DNA from: an uncultured Planctomycetaceae bacterium
GTDB taxonomy: Bacteria; Planctomycetota; Planctomycetia; Planctomycetales; Planctomycetaceae
Reading direction: 5' to 3'
NCBI GenBank assembly: GCA_963976765.1
Contig: CAXBME010000005.1
Location: 248,001-312,000, forward strand
Length of the DNA: 64,000 nt
Positions 10,081 to 19,546 of the stretch are shown here, piece after piece. Each line of letters opens with the position of its first letter. Within the stretch, counting starts at the first letter, position 1. A program made the translations under genes and the position numbers. The notes beneath the pieces were generated by a model. It did not search any database. It saw only the letters and a list, made by a program, of their open reading frames with translations, and was not told the origin of the DNA.

Positions 10081-11238
10081 ATGTCCGCACCGTTTGGCCT
10101 GCTTCTGATCACGGGAAACCAGACTCACCAGGAAAACTACGCGCGAGCGTTTGCTGCTGACGATCGTTGCCGGCTGGTTGGACTGACGGATGAGGCCGCC
10201 GTTCCGGCACGCCGCAGGGAACTGAACCTGGGACTTGCTGACGAGTTGGGGATTCCGTTTCTGAATGACTTCTCAGAAGCCGTTAATCGAGACGACGTCG
10301 ATTTCGTTTCAATCTGTGCCGAGCCGGAGCGGCGGCTGTCGCTTTCTCTGGCGTGTATCGAAGCCGGCAAACACCTTTATCTCGACAAGGATCCTGCACC
10401 GACGGTCAACGACGCCTGGCAGGTCGCTCAAGCGATTGAGAATCGAGGTTTGCTCACGCAGGCTTTCAGCATGGTTCGACTGCCGGCTTGTCAGCAGGCA
10501 AAGCAGATTGTCGATTCAGGGGAACTCGGTGAGCTGATCGGCCTGCACTGCGACGTCACCTTTGCCAAGGGAATTCCAGGCACCGCCGACCTGAGCCGGC
10601 CTCGTGAAGAAAAGGCGACCGCGTCGCGGTTCACATTCGTTGATTCGAAGCGTGAATTTCTTTGCGTCGGGTATTACCCGCTGATCCTTTTTCAATGGCT
10701 GACCGGCCAACGATTTACGAACGTCGACGCGGCGACGGCGAATTACTTTTTCGAAGCTCATCAGAAGAATGATGTCGAAGACTTCGCCAGCGTCATGCTG
10801 AAAATGGACAGAGGCATTGAAGCGACAATCACCGCCGGTCGTTGCGGCTGGATGAGCCATCGAGATTACGGGGTGCACGATATTCGCCTGGTGGGCACTC
10901 GCGGCAGCATCACTCTCGATGCTCACAGCCCGCGTCTGGAAGTATGCAGTGACTCGACGCCGTGGAGTCAACCGGCGACTGGTCATCCGGAAGATCCGAT
11001 GGGCTTCTGGTCGAGCACTCAGGCAGCTGGCGGCATCAAAGCAAAGCACGACTGGCAGGCCATCAACGCGGCGGCAAAGTCTGACGCGTCGAACTTCCTG
11101 GATTGTCTGGAGCAGAATCGGCATAGCGACGTGACGGCAGCAATGGCTGCTCATTGTGTGGACGTTGTCCACGCGGTTTATCGATCAGCGGCGGGCGGAA
11201 TCGCTCAGCCAGTTTCCCATTCAGAATCCAGAGCATGA
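10081..11238 (+). CDS. Gfo/Idh/MocA-family oxidoreductase
   Basis: N-terminal Rossmann-like fold, DVDFVSIC, AGKHLYLDK (EKP variant), GELGELIG. Confidence 0.8.
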   Translation: MSAPFGLLLITGNQTHQENYARAFAADDRCRLVGLTDEAAVPARRRELNLGLADELGIPFLNDFSEAVNRDDVDFVSICAEPERRLSLSLACIEAGKHLYLDKDPAPTVNDAWQVAQAIENRGLLTQAFSMVRLPACQQAKQIVDSGELGELIGLHCDVTFAKGIPGTADLSRPREEKATASRFTFVDSKREFLCVGYYPLILFQWLTGQRFTNVDAATANYFFEAHQKNDVEDFASVMLKMDRGIEATITAGRCGWMSHRDYGVHDIRLVGTRGSITLDAHSPRLEVCSDSTPWSQPATGHPEDPMGFWSSTQAAGGIKAKHDWQAINAAAKSDASNFLDCLEQNRHSDVTAAMAAHCVDVVHAVYRSAAGGIAQPVSHSESRA

Positions 11239-11489
11239 CCGAACGATCCGTCCCCGAAGATTCAACGACAGAACAACTGGCGTCGTTGCAGCAGGAGTTT
11301 CTGACGATGCAGGAATCCCTGATGCACCTCCAGCATGACCAGCAGCAGATGCACGAAGTTCTGCTCGCTCAGCAGGAAGAGATCGGTCGTTTGAACGCAA
11401 ACCTGGCCAAGGTCAACGGAAACATGGAGCGGCTTCTTTCTGCCGAAGAAACGCCGACGCTGGAAGACGAGAAGCCGCCGCACTATTGA
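11235..11489 (+). CDS. slyX: SlyX-family protein
   Basis: Short coiled coil ending EDEKPPHY (SlyX hallmark); ATGA overlap with upstream stop. Confidence 0.85.
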   Translation: MTERSVPEDSTTEQLASLQQEFLTMQESLMHLQHDQQQMHEVLLAQQEEIGRLNANLAKVNGNMERLLSAEETPTLEDEKPPHY

Positions 11490-11516
11490 TCCCTGCTTCT
11501 GCCGAAAGTCACTTCT

Positions 11517-12512
11517 GTGAACCGTACGATCCGGGAAGAAGCCGCTCGTCCCGTGGCTGAACAGGTTGCTGACTGGTGGCCTGTCGACGGTCGCTCAGGC
11601 GATCGTGGGAGATTGATTCGCGAAACTCCATCGCTCGACAATGCCAACGATTATTGCCGAACACTGGCGACGGGGCACTATGAGAACTTCCCGCTGGTTT
11701 CGTGGCTGTTGCCAAAGGGGCTGCATCAGCACTTCTATAATGTTTACTCGTTCTGCCGGTGGGCCGACGATCTTGGCGATGAGGTCGGCGATACCGCCCG
11801 CTCGCTCGAACTGCTCGGCTGGTGGCGTCAGGAACTCGCTGAGTGTTATTCAGGACGGTGCAGACACCCGGTCTTCGTCGCCCTGCGACCAACGATCGAC
11901 GAATTTCAAATTCCCGAGCAACCGTTCGCCGATCTGATCTCCGCGTTTGAGCAGGACCAGCGCATTGCTGAGTACGACACGCGGGACCAGGTTCTTGACT
12001 ACTGCACGCGCAGCGCGAACCCGGTCGGAAGAATCGTTCTGTATCTTTGTCGGCAGGTTTCCGAGCAGACGTTTGCGTGGTCCGACTCAATCTGTACCGG
12101 TCTGCAACTGGCGAATTTCTGGCAGGATGTCAGTCGCGATCTCGACATCAACCGGATCTACCTTCCGAAAGAAGATCGCGACCGTTTCGGAGTGACGCGT
12201 GAAGACCTGCTGACTCGCCACACAACAGGCGGTTTCGTAGAGCTGATGAAGTGCGAAGTCGATTTTGCACGCGGCCTGCTGGAATCCGGCCTGCCGCTGG
12301 TTGAGGTTCTGCCGGGACCGCTTCAGGTTGACATTGAACTTTTCGCGCGCGGCGGGCTCCGCATTCTGCAACGCATCGAGCGAACCGGTTATCGCGTTCT
12401 GGAGACTCGACCGGTTGTCACTAAACTGGACGCCGTGCGGATGCTGACTTCGTGCCTTTGGCGAGCGGGCTGTCGACGACTGATGGTGAAGCGGCGCGTT
12501 ACGAGTCCGTAG
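11517..12512 (+). CDS. hpnC: Squalene/hydroxysqualene synthase HpnC
   Basis: HYENFPLVSWLLP, YSFCRWADDLGDE, DLISAFEQDQ, YCTRSANPVGR, CTGLQLANFWQDV..D. Confidence 0.92.
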   Translation: MNRTIREEAARPVAEQVADWWPVDGRSGDRGRLIRETPSLDNANDYCRTLATGHYENFPLVSWLLPKGLHQHFYNVYSFCRWADDLGDEVGDTARSLELLGWWRQELAECYSGRCRHPVFVALRPTIDEFQIPEQPFADLISAFEQDQRIAEYDTRDQVLDYCTRSANPVGRIVLYLCRQVSEQTFAWSDSICTGLQLANFWQDVSRDLDINRIYLPKEDRDRFGVTREDLLTRHTTGGFVELMKCEVDFARGLLESGLPLVEVLPGPLQVDIELFARGGLRILQRIERTGYRVLETRPVVTKLDAVRMLTSCLWRAGCRRLMVKRRVTSP

Positions 12513-12523
12513 CTGGAGCTGCT

Positions 12524-14020
12524 CTACAGGAACGGGTTGTCGTTGGCATCGTCCAGCGGATCATCAGCTTTGACGATCTCACGAAGCGTCAACGTTTCCC
12601 AGACTCGGCGTTCCTGAATGGTCAGCAGGACAAAGAAAATTGCGGCCATGACTCCCGAGAAGATCAGCGCCGCCCAGGAGCCGGCTCCGATTCCAAACAG
12701 CGGAGACAGGCTGGCAACGTGAAACGCCATTTCTTCCTTCTGCATCATTGCTGCAAGTAAGAAGGCGACAAACAGCGGCAGCAGCCAGAAGAGAAACACG
12801 AACATCATAAGTGCCAGCTTCCCGCGTCGCGGATACTTCAGCCAGTAGTACTGTGTGGCGAACCCGGAATACGCCACGACGGCCGCGGCCGTTCCGGCAA
12901 CTCTCCATAGCCGAGCGTCGATGTTCAGGGCCGGAACCAGCGTATGAATAATCTGCACCGTTGCCAGCAGCAGGCTCGCCATAACAAACACGGAAGCGCG
13001 GTTAGAGCTATCGTCCTGCCACTGGGGCGGTCGCCCCAGTCCAACCCGCCTGGCTCGTCGAGCACCGCCCTGATATTGCCCGTGCGAGGGAGAGATCGAC
13101 AGGATCATCAGGATGGCGATCAGAAACTCAACGTACGCGAGCGTTGGTATCAACCAGCCAGCTTTGAGCAATGGATGGTTGATGACACCACCGAGACACA
13201 ATGTTGCGATGGTGGCAAAAAACGCGACCGCCGACGATTTGGAAAAGAACATCGCGTTCGTCGACTTCATTCGCCGAGTGGCTGCAACGATCAGAAACAG
13301 CGTCAACGGAATTTGATAAAACAAAGACTGCACGAACACCGGCAGCTCCACACCAAAGAAGGTTGGCGTGATGGCATTGAGAGGGGCGTCAGCATTCATG
13401 GCTTCCAGCAATGCCGGACCTGAAGACAGCATGCCAGGCACAGGGATGCCGGCACTCACCAGGCCTGTACACGCTCCCGCGCCGAGAACGATGAATCCCA
13501 GTGCTGAGTTGATGTTTCGCGTCTTGCCTGGCCGAGCCACAAGGCCAGTTGTGATGGCGATCCCGTGAAACATCAGTGTTGACGAAATCAGGACAAGCGT
13601 TGATGTCAGAAAGCCGACGATACCCACGTCACTCAGAAGTGCGGACGCAAACGTAAACGGAAGTAGAATCAGAGCGATCAGATACTCACGAACTGCGCCC
13701 CCGAACATGAATCCGAGTGTCGTCGCCGTCGGCGACAAGGGAGCGATTCGGTGGAAATCAAGGATCCCGGAATCGTTCGACGCGCTGATTGACGAGGCTA
13801 CCTGGGACGTGCCAGCCAGATGCAGGGCGAGTGCCTGGCACCCGAAGAAAAATCCGTAGAAGCCTGGACTGTCCAGTCCGCCCGCCTTGAAGCCGGCAAA
13901 CATCAGCAGGCAACCCAGCAGCACGACGATGCTTGTAATGTAAGCTGGTTTGGGTGTTCGAAGATTTGATCGCAGGTGGCGAACGAGCAATGGATTGTCG
14001 AAGAGCAGTTGTTTGAGCAT
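12524..14020 (-). CDS. Multi-pass membrane protein, probable ABC-2-type permease
   Basis: NPLLVRHLRS.LR start, about 12 hydrophobic segments, 1-nt overlap with the upstream ABC ATPase. Confidence 0.75.
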   Translation of the reverse strand: MLKQLLFDNPLLVRHLRSNLRTPKPAYITSIVVLLGCLLMFAGFKAGGLDSPGFYGFFFGCQALALHLAGTSQVASSISASNDSGILDFHRIAPLSPTATTLGFMFGGAVREYLIALILLPFTFASALLSDVGIVGFLTSTLVLISSTLMFHGIAITTGLVARPGKTRNINSALGFIVLGAGACTGLVSAGIPVPGMLSSGPALLEAMNADAPLNAITPTFFGVELPVFVQSLFYQIPLTLFLIVAATRRMKSTNAMFFSKSSAVAFFATIATLCLGGVINHPLLKAGWLIPTLAYVEFLIAILMILSISPSHGQYQGGARRARRVGLGRPPQWQDDSSNRASVFVMASLLLATVQIIHTLVPALNIDARLWRVAGTAAAVVAYSGFATQYYWLKYPRRGKLALMMFVFLFWLLPLFVAFLLAAMMQKEEMAFHVASLSPLFGIGAGSWAALIFSGVMAAIFFVLLTIQERRVWETLTLREIVKADDPLDDANDNPFL

Positions 14021-14946
14021 CAGGACAACTCCTTGGCGCCGATCTGCAGAAAGACGTCTTCCAGCGACTCGTGCTTTCTGGTGAACGAGGAAACCCGGAC
14101 GCCACCGTTAACAAGTGCGGCTAATAGATTGCTGGCGGCGCTGTCGTCTCCGTCAAACGGAACCGCAAACTCCCGCTGAGAAGTATCGGACGCCTCGTCG
14201 AGGCCGTGGTCACTGAGAATTTGTTTTAACAGTTCGGCGCCGCTGACAATTTCGATTTCAATGACTGCCTGCCCCAGTACCCTGGCGGCGATCTCGTCAA
14301 CCTTACCGGAGACGATCATTTGCCCTCGCTGCATGATGCCGATTGATGTGCAGAATTCGTCCATCTCGGAAAGAATGTGGGACGAGACAAGCACGGTGCC
14401 GCCGTCTTTGGCAAAGTCACGGATGACCTGTTTCATCTGGGCTCGCCCGTGCGGGTCCATGCCGCTGGCTGGCTCGTCGAGAAGCAGAACTTTCGGCTCC
14501 GGCAGCAGCGTCTTGGCAAGCATCAGTCGCTGCCGCATACCGCGTGACAGACTTCCGACCAGTGAGTTTCTTCGATCTTTAAGGCCGACCTGTTCGAGTC
14601 GGTGGATGATTTCTGAGGGACGTCGCGGCTTGGGGATGAAGTAGCTGGCGGCGAACAGGTCAAGAAACTCCCACACGCGCAGGTCTTCGTAAACCGGTGG
14701 GAAGTCGGGCATAAAGCCCAGCACCTGCCCGGCGGCCTGCGGTTCTTCACGCATGTCGAAGCCGCCGATTCGAATCGCTCCGTACGTCGGAGTCAGCAGA
14801 CCAACCATCGCTCTCATCGTGCTCGTCTTGCCGGCACCGTTGGGGCCGATCAATCCGAAGACTTCGCCCTCAGCGACCGAGAATGACAGTTCCTCAACCG
14901 CGCAGTGGTTGCCATAGTCGATTCGCAACTCATCCACAGCAATCAT
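14020..14946 (-). CDS. ABC transporter ATP-binding protein
   Basis: GPNGAGKT, LSRGMRQR, LLLDEPASGMDP, SSHILSE; GGAGGT RBS before ATG 14946. Confidence 0.92.
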   Translation of the reverse strand: MIAVDELRIDYGNHCAVEELSFSVAEGEVFGLIGPNGAGKTSTMRAMVGLLTPTYGAIRIGGFDMREEPQAAGQVLGFMPDFPPVYEDLRVWEFLDLFAASYFIPKPRRPSEIIHRLEQVGLKDRRNSLVGSLSRGMRQRLMLAKTLLPEPKVLLLDEPASGMDPHGRAQMKQVIRDFAKDGGTVLVSSHILSEMDEFCTSIGIMQRGQMIVSGKVDEIAARVLGQAVIEIEIVSGAELLKQILSDHGLDEASDTSQREFAVPFDGDDSAASNLLAALVNGGVRVSSFTRKHESLEDVFLQIGAKELS

Positions 14947-15007
14947 CGGCCGACCTCCCGCCGTTGTTGAAAACATGGCCCATCAGTCAGGGCGGACCTG
15001 CTGAAAA

Positions 15008-16822
15008 CTATCGGGCGCGTTCTGATCCACCGGGAAGTTCGATCGAACCTTCTCGAACAGCGAAGACCAGCTCGGTCGAAACCATCAACGCCATCGCTCC
15101 ACCGCGATCATCCCTGCCCAGGATCGCCGTGCGGTCGTAGTACGCTCGCTGGTTTTTCTGCTTGCCGGTTCCCGTGCAGACATCGACCAGATTTCCATTC
15201 GGACCGATGCGGCACTTGATCGATTCCCAGGCACGCTGCACGAACGGCTCGAACGTTTTCCGGTCAAGCCAGCTGTTCCGGAGTCCTCGAACGATGGCAA
15301 ACGTTGTCATGCACGTGCTGGTGAATTCGCGGTAGCTTTCGGGGCGATCGACGATTTGATGCCACATTCCCATTTCGTCCTGATGATCGATCATCGATAG
15401 CAGATGATCTCGATATGCCGTCGCCATTGATGAATGGTGCGGACTGTCAACCGGCAAGTCTGACAGCGACAGAGCCAGCCCGAGTGCCGGAAAACCGTTC
15501 CCTCGCCCCCACGCCGTATGATGCGGATCGAGGGGCGAGTGCTGATGCAAGCCGTCGTTGCGAAGGTTCAGTTTCAACATGAACTTCAAATGTCGATTGG
15601 CCATGTCGAAGTATTTCGTGTCGCCTGTCAGGCGTCCCGTCTGCACCAGGATAGGCGTTCCCATGAAAACAGCGTCGCTCATCTCGTTATGAAACGGCAT
15701 TGATTCACGAGGTTTGCCGTTCTCATTAAAGCCCAGATCAGCGGCAGACTGAGCCAGTTTGACGAACCTTTGATCGCCGGTTGTTCTGGCCAGTTCGCCA
15801 AAGACCAGGTGCCCGGAAAGCGTACTGCCGCTGGGACGCGAGCCGAGCGAAGACTTCACACCGCTGACGTACGGGTCGACAATTTTCAATACTTCTTTGA
15901 GGTGGCTGTCGTCGTCCGTCAGTTTCGACAAACGCATCCGTCCGACGAGAGCCAGGGCCGGGATGTACTCGACCGATTTGAGATGGTGTCCGTAAACTCT
16001 GGCGAGTTCGGTGGCGACTTCGACGGGAGTGCGGCCTTTTCGCCGCGACAACTCCTGACGAGCTGCCGACCGAATGGAACCAGCCAGTTGAACGAAGCTG
16101 GCCAGGAGCGGGGTCCGGCCATTCGTCCGAAAATCGACGGCAGGTACAGCGGCAACGTCCGACGGTTTTTCCGTCGCCAGTGCATCGGCCAGCGAACCGG
16201 GCTTTGCTTCTTGAATGGACCAGTTAGCGTTGATGCTGAGCTGTTGACGATTCATCGACTCGGGAATCACAAGCGTGTCGAAATCGTTTTCGCGCACGAC
16301 GACGACAATGTCCGGAGCGAGCATCCCGATCCACCGCCAAAGGTAGTGGCGTTCTGAATTCTGCTCATCGTTGTAAGCAGCTCCGGTCGGCGGAAATCCG
16401 AATGCCCAGTCGGTGGTTTCGCTGCTTGACGTCACGATGTTCGAACTGGCATCGAAGCTGTCCGGGTTCGCGAAGGGCACGATTCCCGCTTCAAATTTGT
16501 TTCTAGTTGACGCAAGAGGACGGTGGGAACAGAAGTCGTGCCATTCTGTCACCAGCTGTTTGCTGACGGCCGAGTCCGGCGACGAATTTGCGACGATTAG
16601 AATCCTCAAGTGATCACTTCGAACATCCAGCATGCCGTTGGTCAGAAATGCTGGAATGGCGGTGCCGCTTCGAGTCACTCCGATCGACATACTGACGGGC
16701 GAGTATTCGGCCAGAGTTCTCAACGCATCTCGAAAGGCAGCGGATTCGTCAGCACGACCGCTGACTCCGAGCGATGAGAAAAGAATCAGGCAGGTCATCA
16801 GTTTCGCGAATCTTTGAGCCAT
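15008..16822 (-). CDS. Secreted glycoside hydrolase family 88/105 with an N-terminal M14-carboxypeptidase-like domain
   Basis: Signal peptide; SIGVTRSG and IVPFANPD (M14-like); C-terminal SDAVFM, WGRGNG, QDEMGMWHQIVD, YREFTST (GH105/YteR-like). Confidence 0.75.
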   Translation of the reverse strand: MAQRFAKLMTCLILFSSLGVSGRADESAAFRDALRTLAEYSPVSMSIGVTRSGTAIPAFLTNGMLDVRSDHLRILIVANSSPDSAVSKQLVTEWHDFCSHRPLASTRNKFEAGIVPFANPDSFDASSNIVTSSSETTDWAFGFPPTGAAYNDEQNSERHYLWRWIGMLAPDIVVVVRENDFDTLVIPESMNRQQLSINANWSIQEAKPGSLADALATEKPSDVAAVPAVDFRTNGRTPLLASFVQLAGSIRSAARQELSRRKGRTPVEVATELARVYGHHLKSVEYIPALALVGRMRLSKLTDDDSHLKEVLKIVDPYVSGVKSSLGSRPSGSTLSGHLVFGELARTTGDQRFVKLAQSAADLGFNENGKPRESMPFHNEMSDAVFMGTPILVQTGRLTGDTKYFDMANRHLKFMLKLNLRNDGLHQHSPLDPHHTAWGRGNGFPALGLALSLSDLPVDSPHHSSMATAYRDHLLSMIDHQDEMGMWHQIVDRPESYREFTSTCMTTFAIVRGLRNSWLDRKTFEPFVQRAWESIKCRIGPNGNLVDVCTGTGKQKNQRAYYDRTAILGRDDRGGAMALMVSTELVFAVREGSIELPGGSERAR

Positions 16823-16880
16823 CCGTGTTTCCTGTTCTGTGGTCGAGAACTTCCTCCGACGTAACCGGCAACGGTAAGAG

Positions 16881-17360
16881 TCACTCGACCAGTTCTTTCG
16901 GCATCCTGATTGAGTCCTGCGTCAGGTTGGCGCTTATCAGCGAGTCGTGCAGCGATGTCCAGGCAGACAGCCTTGCTGACTGGCTTCGCAGAATGCGGAC
17001 GCGGATTCCGTCGTCGTTACCGGTTGTTACCTGAGCCAGCTTGACTGCTTCGTCCAGATCAACCTGTCGCACTCCGGTCGCTGAGCTGTCATCGCGGACA
17101 AAGTAGTCGTGGTTATCGATTCGAATTTCCAGCACCGCTGGCGGAGCTGCCGTTTCAATATTGACGGTAACCGGCTGCTCAACGGGAGCCGGTTCCGGCG
17201 ACGCGTTATTGGACGCAGTGCTTGTTGAATCACTGCCGGGGCTTTGAACTCCGATTCCACTACCTGTGCCGAAACCTGGCAGCAGCCCGCTCACGAAGGC
17301 TCCGAACACCGCACCAACCACGAGCAGGCCGCCGGCAATCGTTCTTTTTTTTACAGGCAT
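16881..17360 (-). CDS. Hypothetical membrane-anchored protein
   Basis: Single N-terminal TM helix, low-complexity linker, small C-terminal domain. Confidence 0.65.
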   Translation of the reverse strand: MPVKKRTIAGGLLVVGAVFGAFVSGLLPGFGTGSGIGVQSPGSDSTSTASNNASPEPAPVEQPVTVNIETAAPPAVLEIRIDNHDYFVRDDSSATGVRQVDLDEAVKLAQVTTGNDDGIRVRILRSQSARLSAWTSLHDSLISANLTQDSIRMPKELVE

Positions 17361-17503
17361 GACTCTTTCTCTGCGTTGATCAGGGGAGACTTCTGACTTG
17401 CCAGCGGCTTCTATAAGTACCCGGAGGTGCCGATGAGTTCCTGCCTGGACAAATTCTGCTGAAAGGTCTGCTGAACGATCCGGGAGTTCTTTCTGACGTG
17501 TTT

Positions 17504-18130
17504 TTAGCGGGCTTTCATTTCCAGATGGCGACGAATGATGTCCTGAGCTTCTTCCGCGACCGACTGGAATTCTTTCTTCGACGGAGGTGGAACTTCAGGT
17601 AACCTGGAGTCCGCAGACGACTCATCATCGTCTGTGGTCATGCCGGAATCCGCTGCTGTGTGTTGTGCGGCAGGAGCATGTTTCCCGACGACGGTGTCCG
17701 TGTCGGCCGCCGCCGGCTCTTCTTCAGCCAGCCAGTTGACGATGCTGTCTTCCGAACTTTCTTTGATGACGACTTCGTCGGTTTCGGATTCGATTGTGGC
17801 TGAGGGATCCTTGCCTTTTGCCGCAGCGGCCTTCGCTTTGACCTCCAGCTGAAACAGCATCGGCCCAACACGCAGGATATCTCCGGGTTTCACTCGGGTT
17901 CGTTTTGTGATGGTCACATCGTTGATCTGAGTTCCGTTTCGGCTGCCAAGATCTTCAACAGAAACGACGCCCTCACGAACGCGAATCGCGCAGTGGCGGC
18001 GACTGACTTCTGAAGTGGCCAGCCGAACGGCGACGCCTTCGTCACGACCAATAACCAGCTTGCAACCTTCGGCGAGAGCCATCTTTTTGCCCTGGTGTTT
18101 TCCGGTGATGATGATCAGCCTGGCCGTCAT
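17504..18130 (-). CDS. FHA-domain protein with acidic tail
   Basis: IGR, VSRRHC, DLGSRNGT.IND, GDILRVG. Confidence 0.92.
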   Translation of the reverse strand: MTARLIIITGKHQGKKMALAEGCKLVIGRDEGVAVRLATSEVSRRHCAIRVREGVVSVEDLGSRNGTQINDVTITKRTRVKPGDILRVGPMLFQLEVKAKAAAAKGKDPSATIESETDEVVIKESSEDSIVNWLAEEEPAAADTDTVVGKHAPAAQHTAADSGMTTDDDESSADSRLPEVPPPSKKEFQSVAEEAQDIIRRHLEMKAR

Positions 18131-18212
18131 CCAGATGCCTCTTCGGTCGGAGTATTAAACGGGTTGCGGTCGACAAACTTCAGTCAGCAATCACATTACT
18201 AATTGTCATGTC

Positions 18213-18770
18213 TCAGTCATGGTGGGGAACAATTAACGGTTCGCCGCAATCCGGGCAGGTCAGTGTCCGGCCTCGATGCTTGGCACTCATCTTGAAACGT
18301 TTTCCGCAGCGGCAGTGGAAGCGAACCCGGCCCTCTTCTCGATTCTTGCCCAGATGAGTTCGTTCCCAAACCTGCTGCGCGATTTCTGAAATCTGGCTGA
18401 TCAGTACAGACGCCGTGTACGGTCTGGTCATGTAGCCATCAGCCCCCACTCGAGTGGCCAGCTTCCGTGAGTCTTCCAGCGTGATTTCCGTCAGAACCAG
18501 AACGGGTACCTGCGGGTTTCGTTGTTTGAAGCGGTCGCAGATTTCGAAACCGGTTTCGCCAGGCAGTAGCAGTTCCATGATGACAAAATCCGGCTTGTAC
18601 ATCTGAAACGCCGAGTGAGCCTGTCCGCCATCCTTCGCGGTCTGCACCTGAAAGCCGTGTTCCTGCAGCAGGTTGCGGAGTTCCGCAGCCCGGTCCACGT
18701 CGTTCTCGACAACAAGGATTCGATGCGCAATCGCACCTGCGGATTCGCCAACCGCGAACTGATCGAACAT
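18213..18770 (-). CDS. Atypical response regulator receiver with C-terminal zinc ribbon
   Basis: RILVVEND, PDFVIMELLLPGETGFEIC, GADGYMTRPY; tail CRCGK...CPDCG; AAGGA RBS before ATG 18770. Confidence 0.85.
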   Translation of the reverse strand: MFDQFAVGESAGAIAHRILVVENDVDRAAELRNLLQEHGFQVQTAKDGGQAHSAFQMYKPDFVIMELLLPGETGFEICDRFKQRNPQVPVLVLTEITLEDSRKLATRVGADGYMTRPYTASVLISQISEIAQQVWERTHLGKNREEGRVRFHCRCGKRFKMSAKHRGRTLTCPDCGEPLIVPHHD

Positions 18771-19029
18771 CAGCAGGTCCTTCTTACCGCAGACATTTGA
18801 TTCCCTGGCTCCTGACGTCACCATCAGAATTACGATTCAGCGGTGCCACGATTCGAGCAGCCACCTGGTAAATTCCGTCGAACTGACCGACGCAATCCCG
18901 CAACAGGTTTTCAGTCGATCATCGTATCGAAAACATTTCGACCGATGAACCCCCGAGCCCGGCGTTCCCAGTCTGTCAGTTTTTCAGTCGGCGAAAAAGT
19001 CGAAACCTCTTCATGCCGAGCAGCCGGAA

Positions 19030-19533
19030 CTATGGCACGAAAAGACAGCCAGGCAACGCCTTCTGAACCTTTTCTACTGCTTCTGCAGAAATTCCACAGT
19101 CCATCAGACTAAGCGACTGGAGCCTGGTCAACTGGCTAAGTGGTTCAACAGCCTGATCATCAAGCGGGACACCGTTCAAAGACAGAGTCTGCAGGTCATC
19201 CATGCGAGACAGGACGCTCAGGCCGGATGTCGTGACGCGAGTGTAGGAAAGATCGAGGCTGTGCAGTCTGCGCAGAGAAGTCAGTTGTGTAAGGTCGGCA
19301 TCGGTGACTGAGCTACCAGTCAAAGCCAGTTGTTCGAGATGTTCGAAGTTACTGAGTGACTTCCAGAAGTGTTCGTCCAGTGACGCTCCGGCAGTATCAA
19401 CCCAGAAGACTTCACCCGCCGAATTCTGCTTCACGGTAACTCCGGCGGCGCTGAGCCTGTCGATTTGTTGATCGATTTCGCCGCGACAGCCAACAACCGC
19501 AAACACCAGTACGCAACCGAGTCGAATGAACAT
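19030..19533 (-). CDS. Leucine-rich-repeat protein, probable lipoprotein
   Basis: Lipobox-like VVGC, LxxLxLsxtxVTD repeats, typical KALPGC ending. Confidence 0.8.
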   Translation of the reverse strand: MFIRLGCVLVFAVVGCRGEIDQQIDRLSAAGVTVKQNSAGEVFWVDTAGASLDEHFWKSLSNFEHLEQLALTGSSVTDADLTQLTSLRRLHSLDLSYTRVTTSGLSVLSRMDDLQTLSLNGVPLDDQAVEPLSQLTRLQSLSLMDCGISAEAVEKVQKALPGCLFVP

Positions 19534-19546
19534 GCTGGCTGCATCC

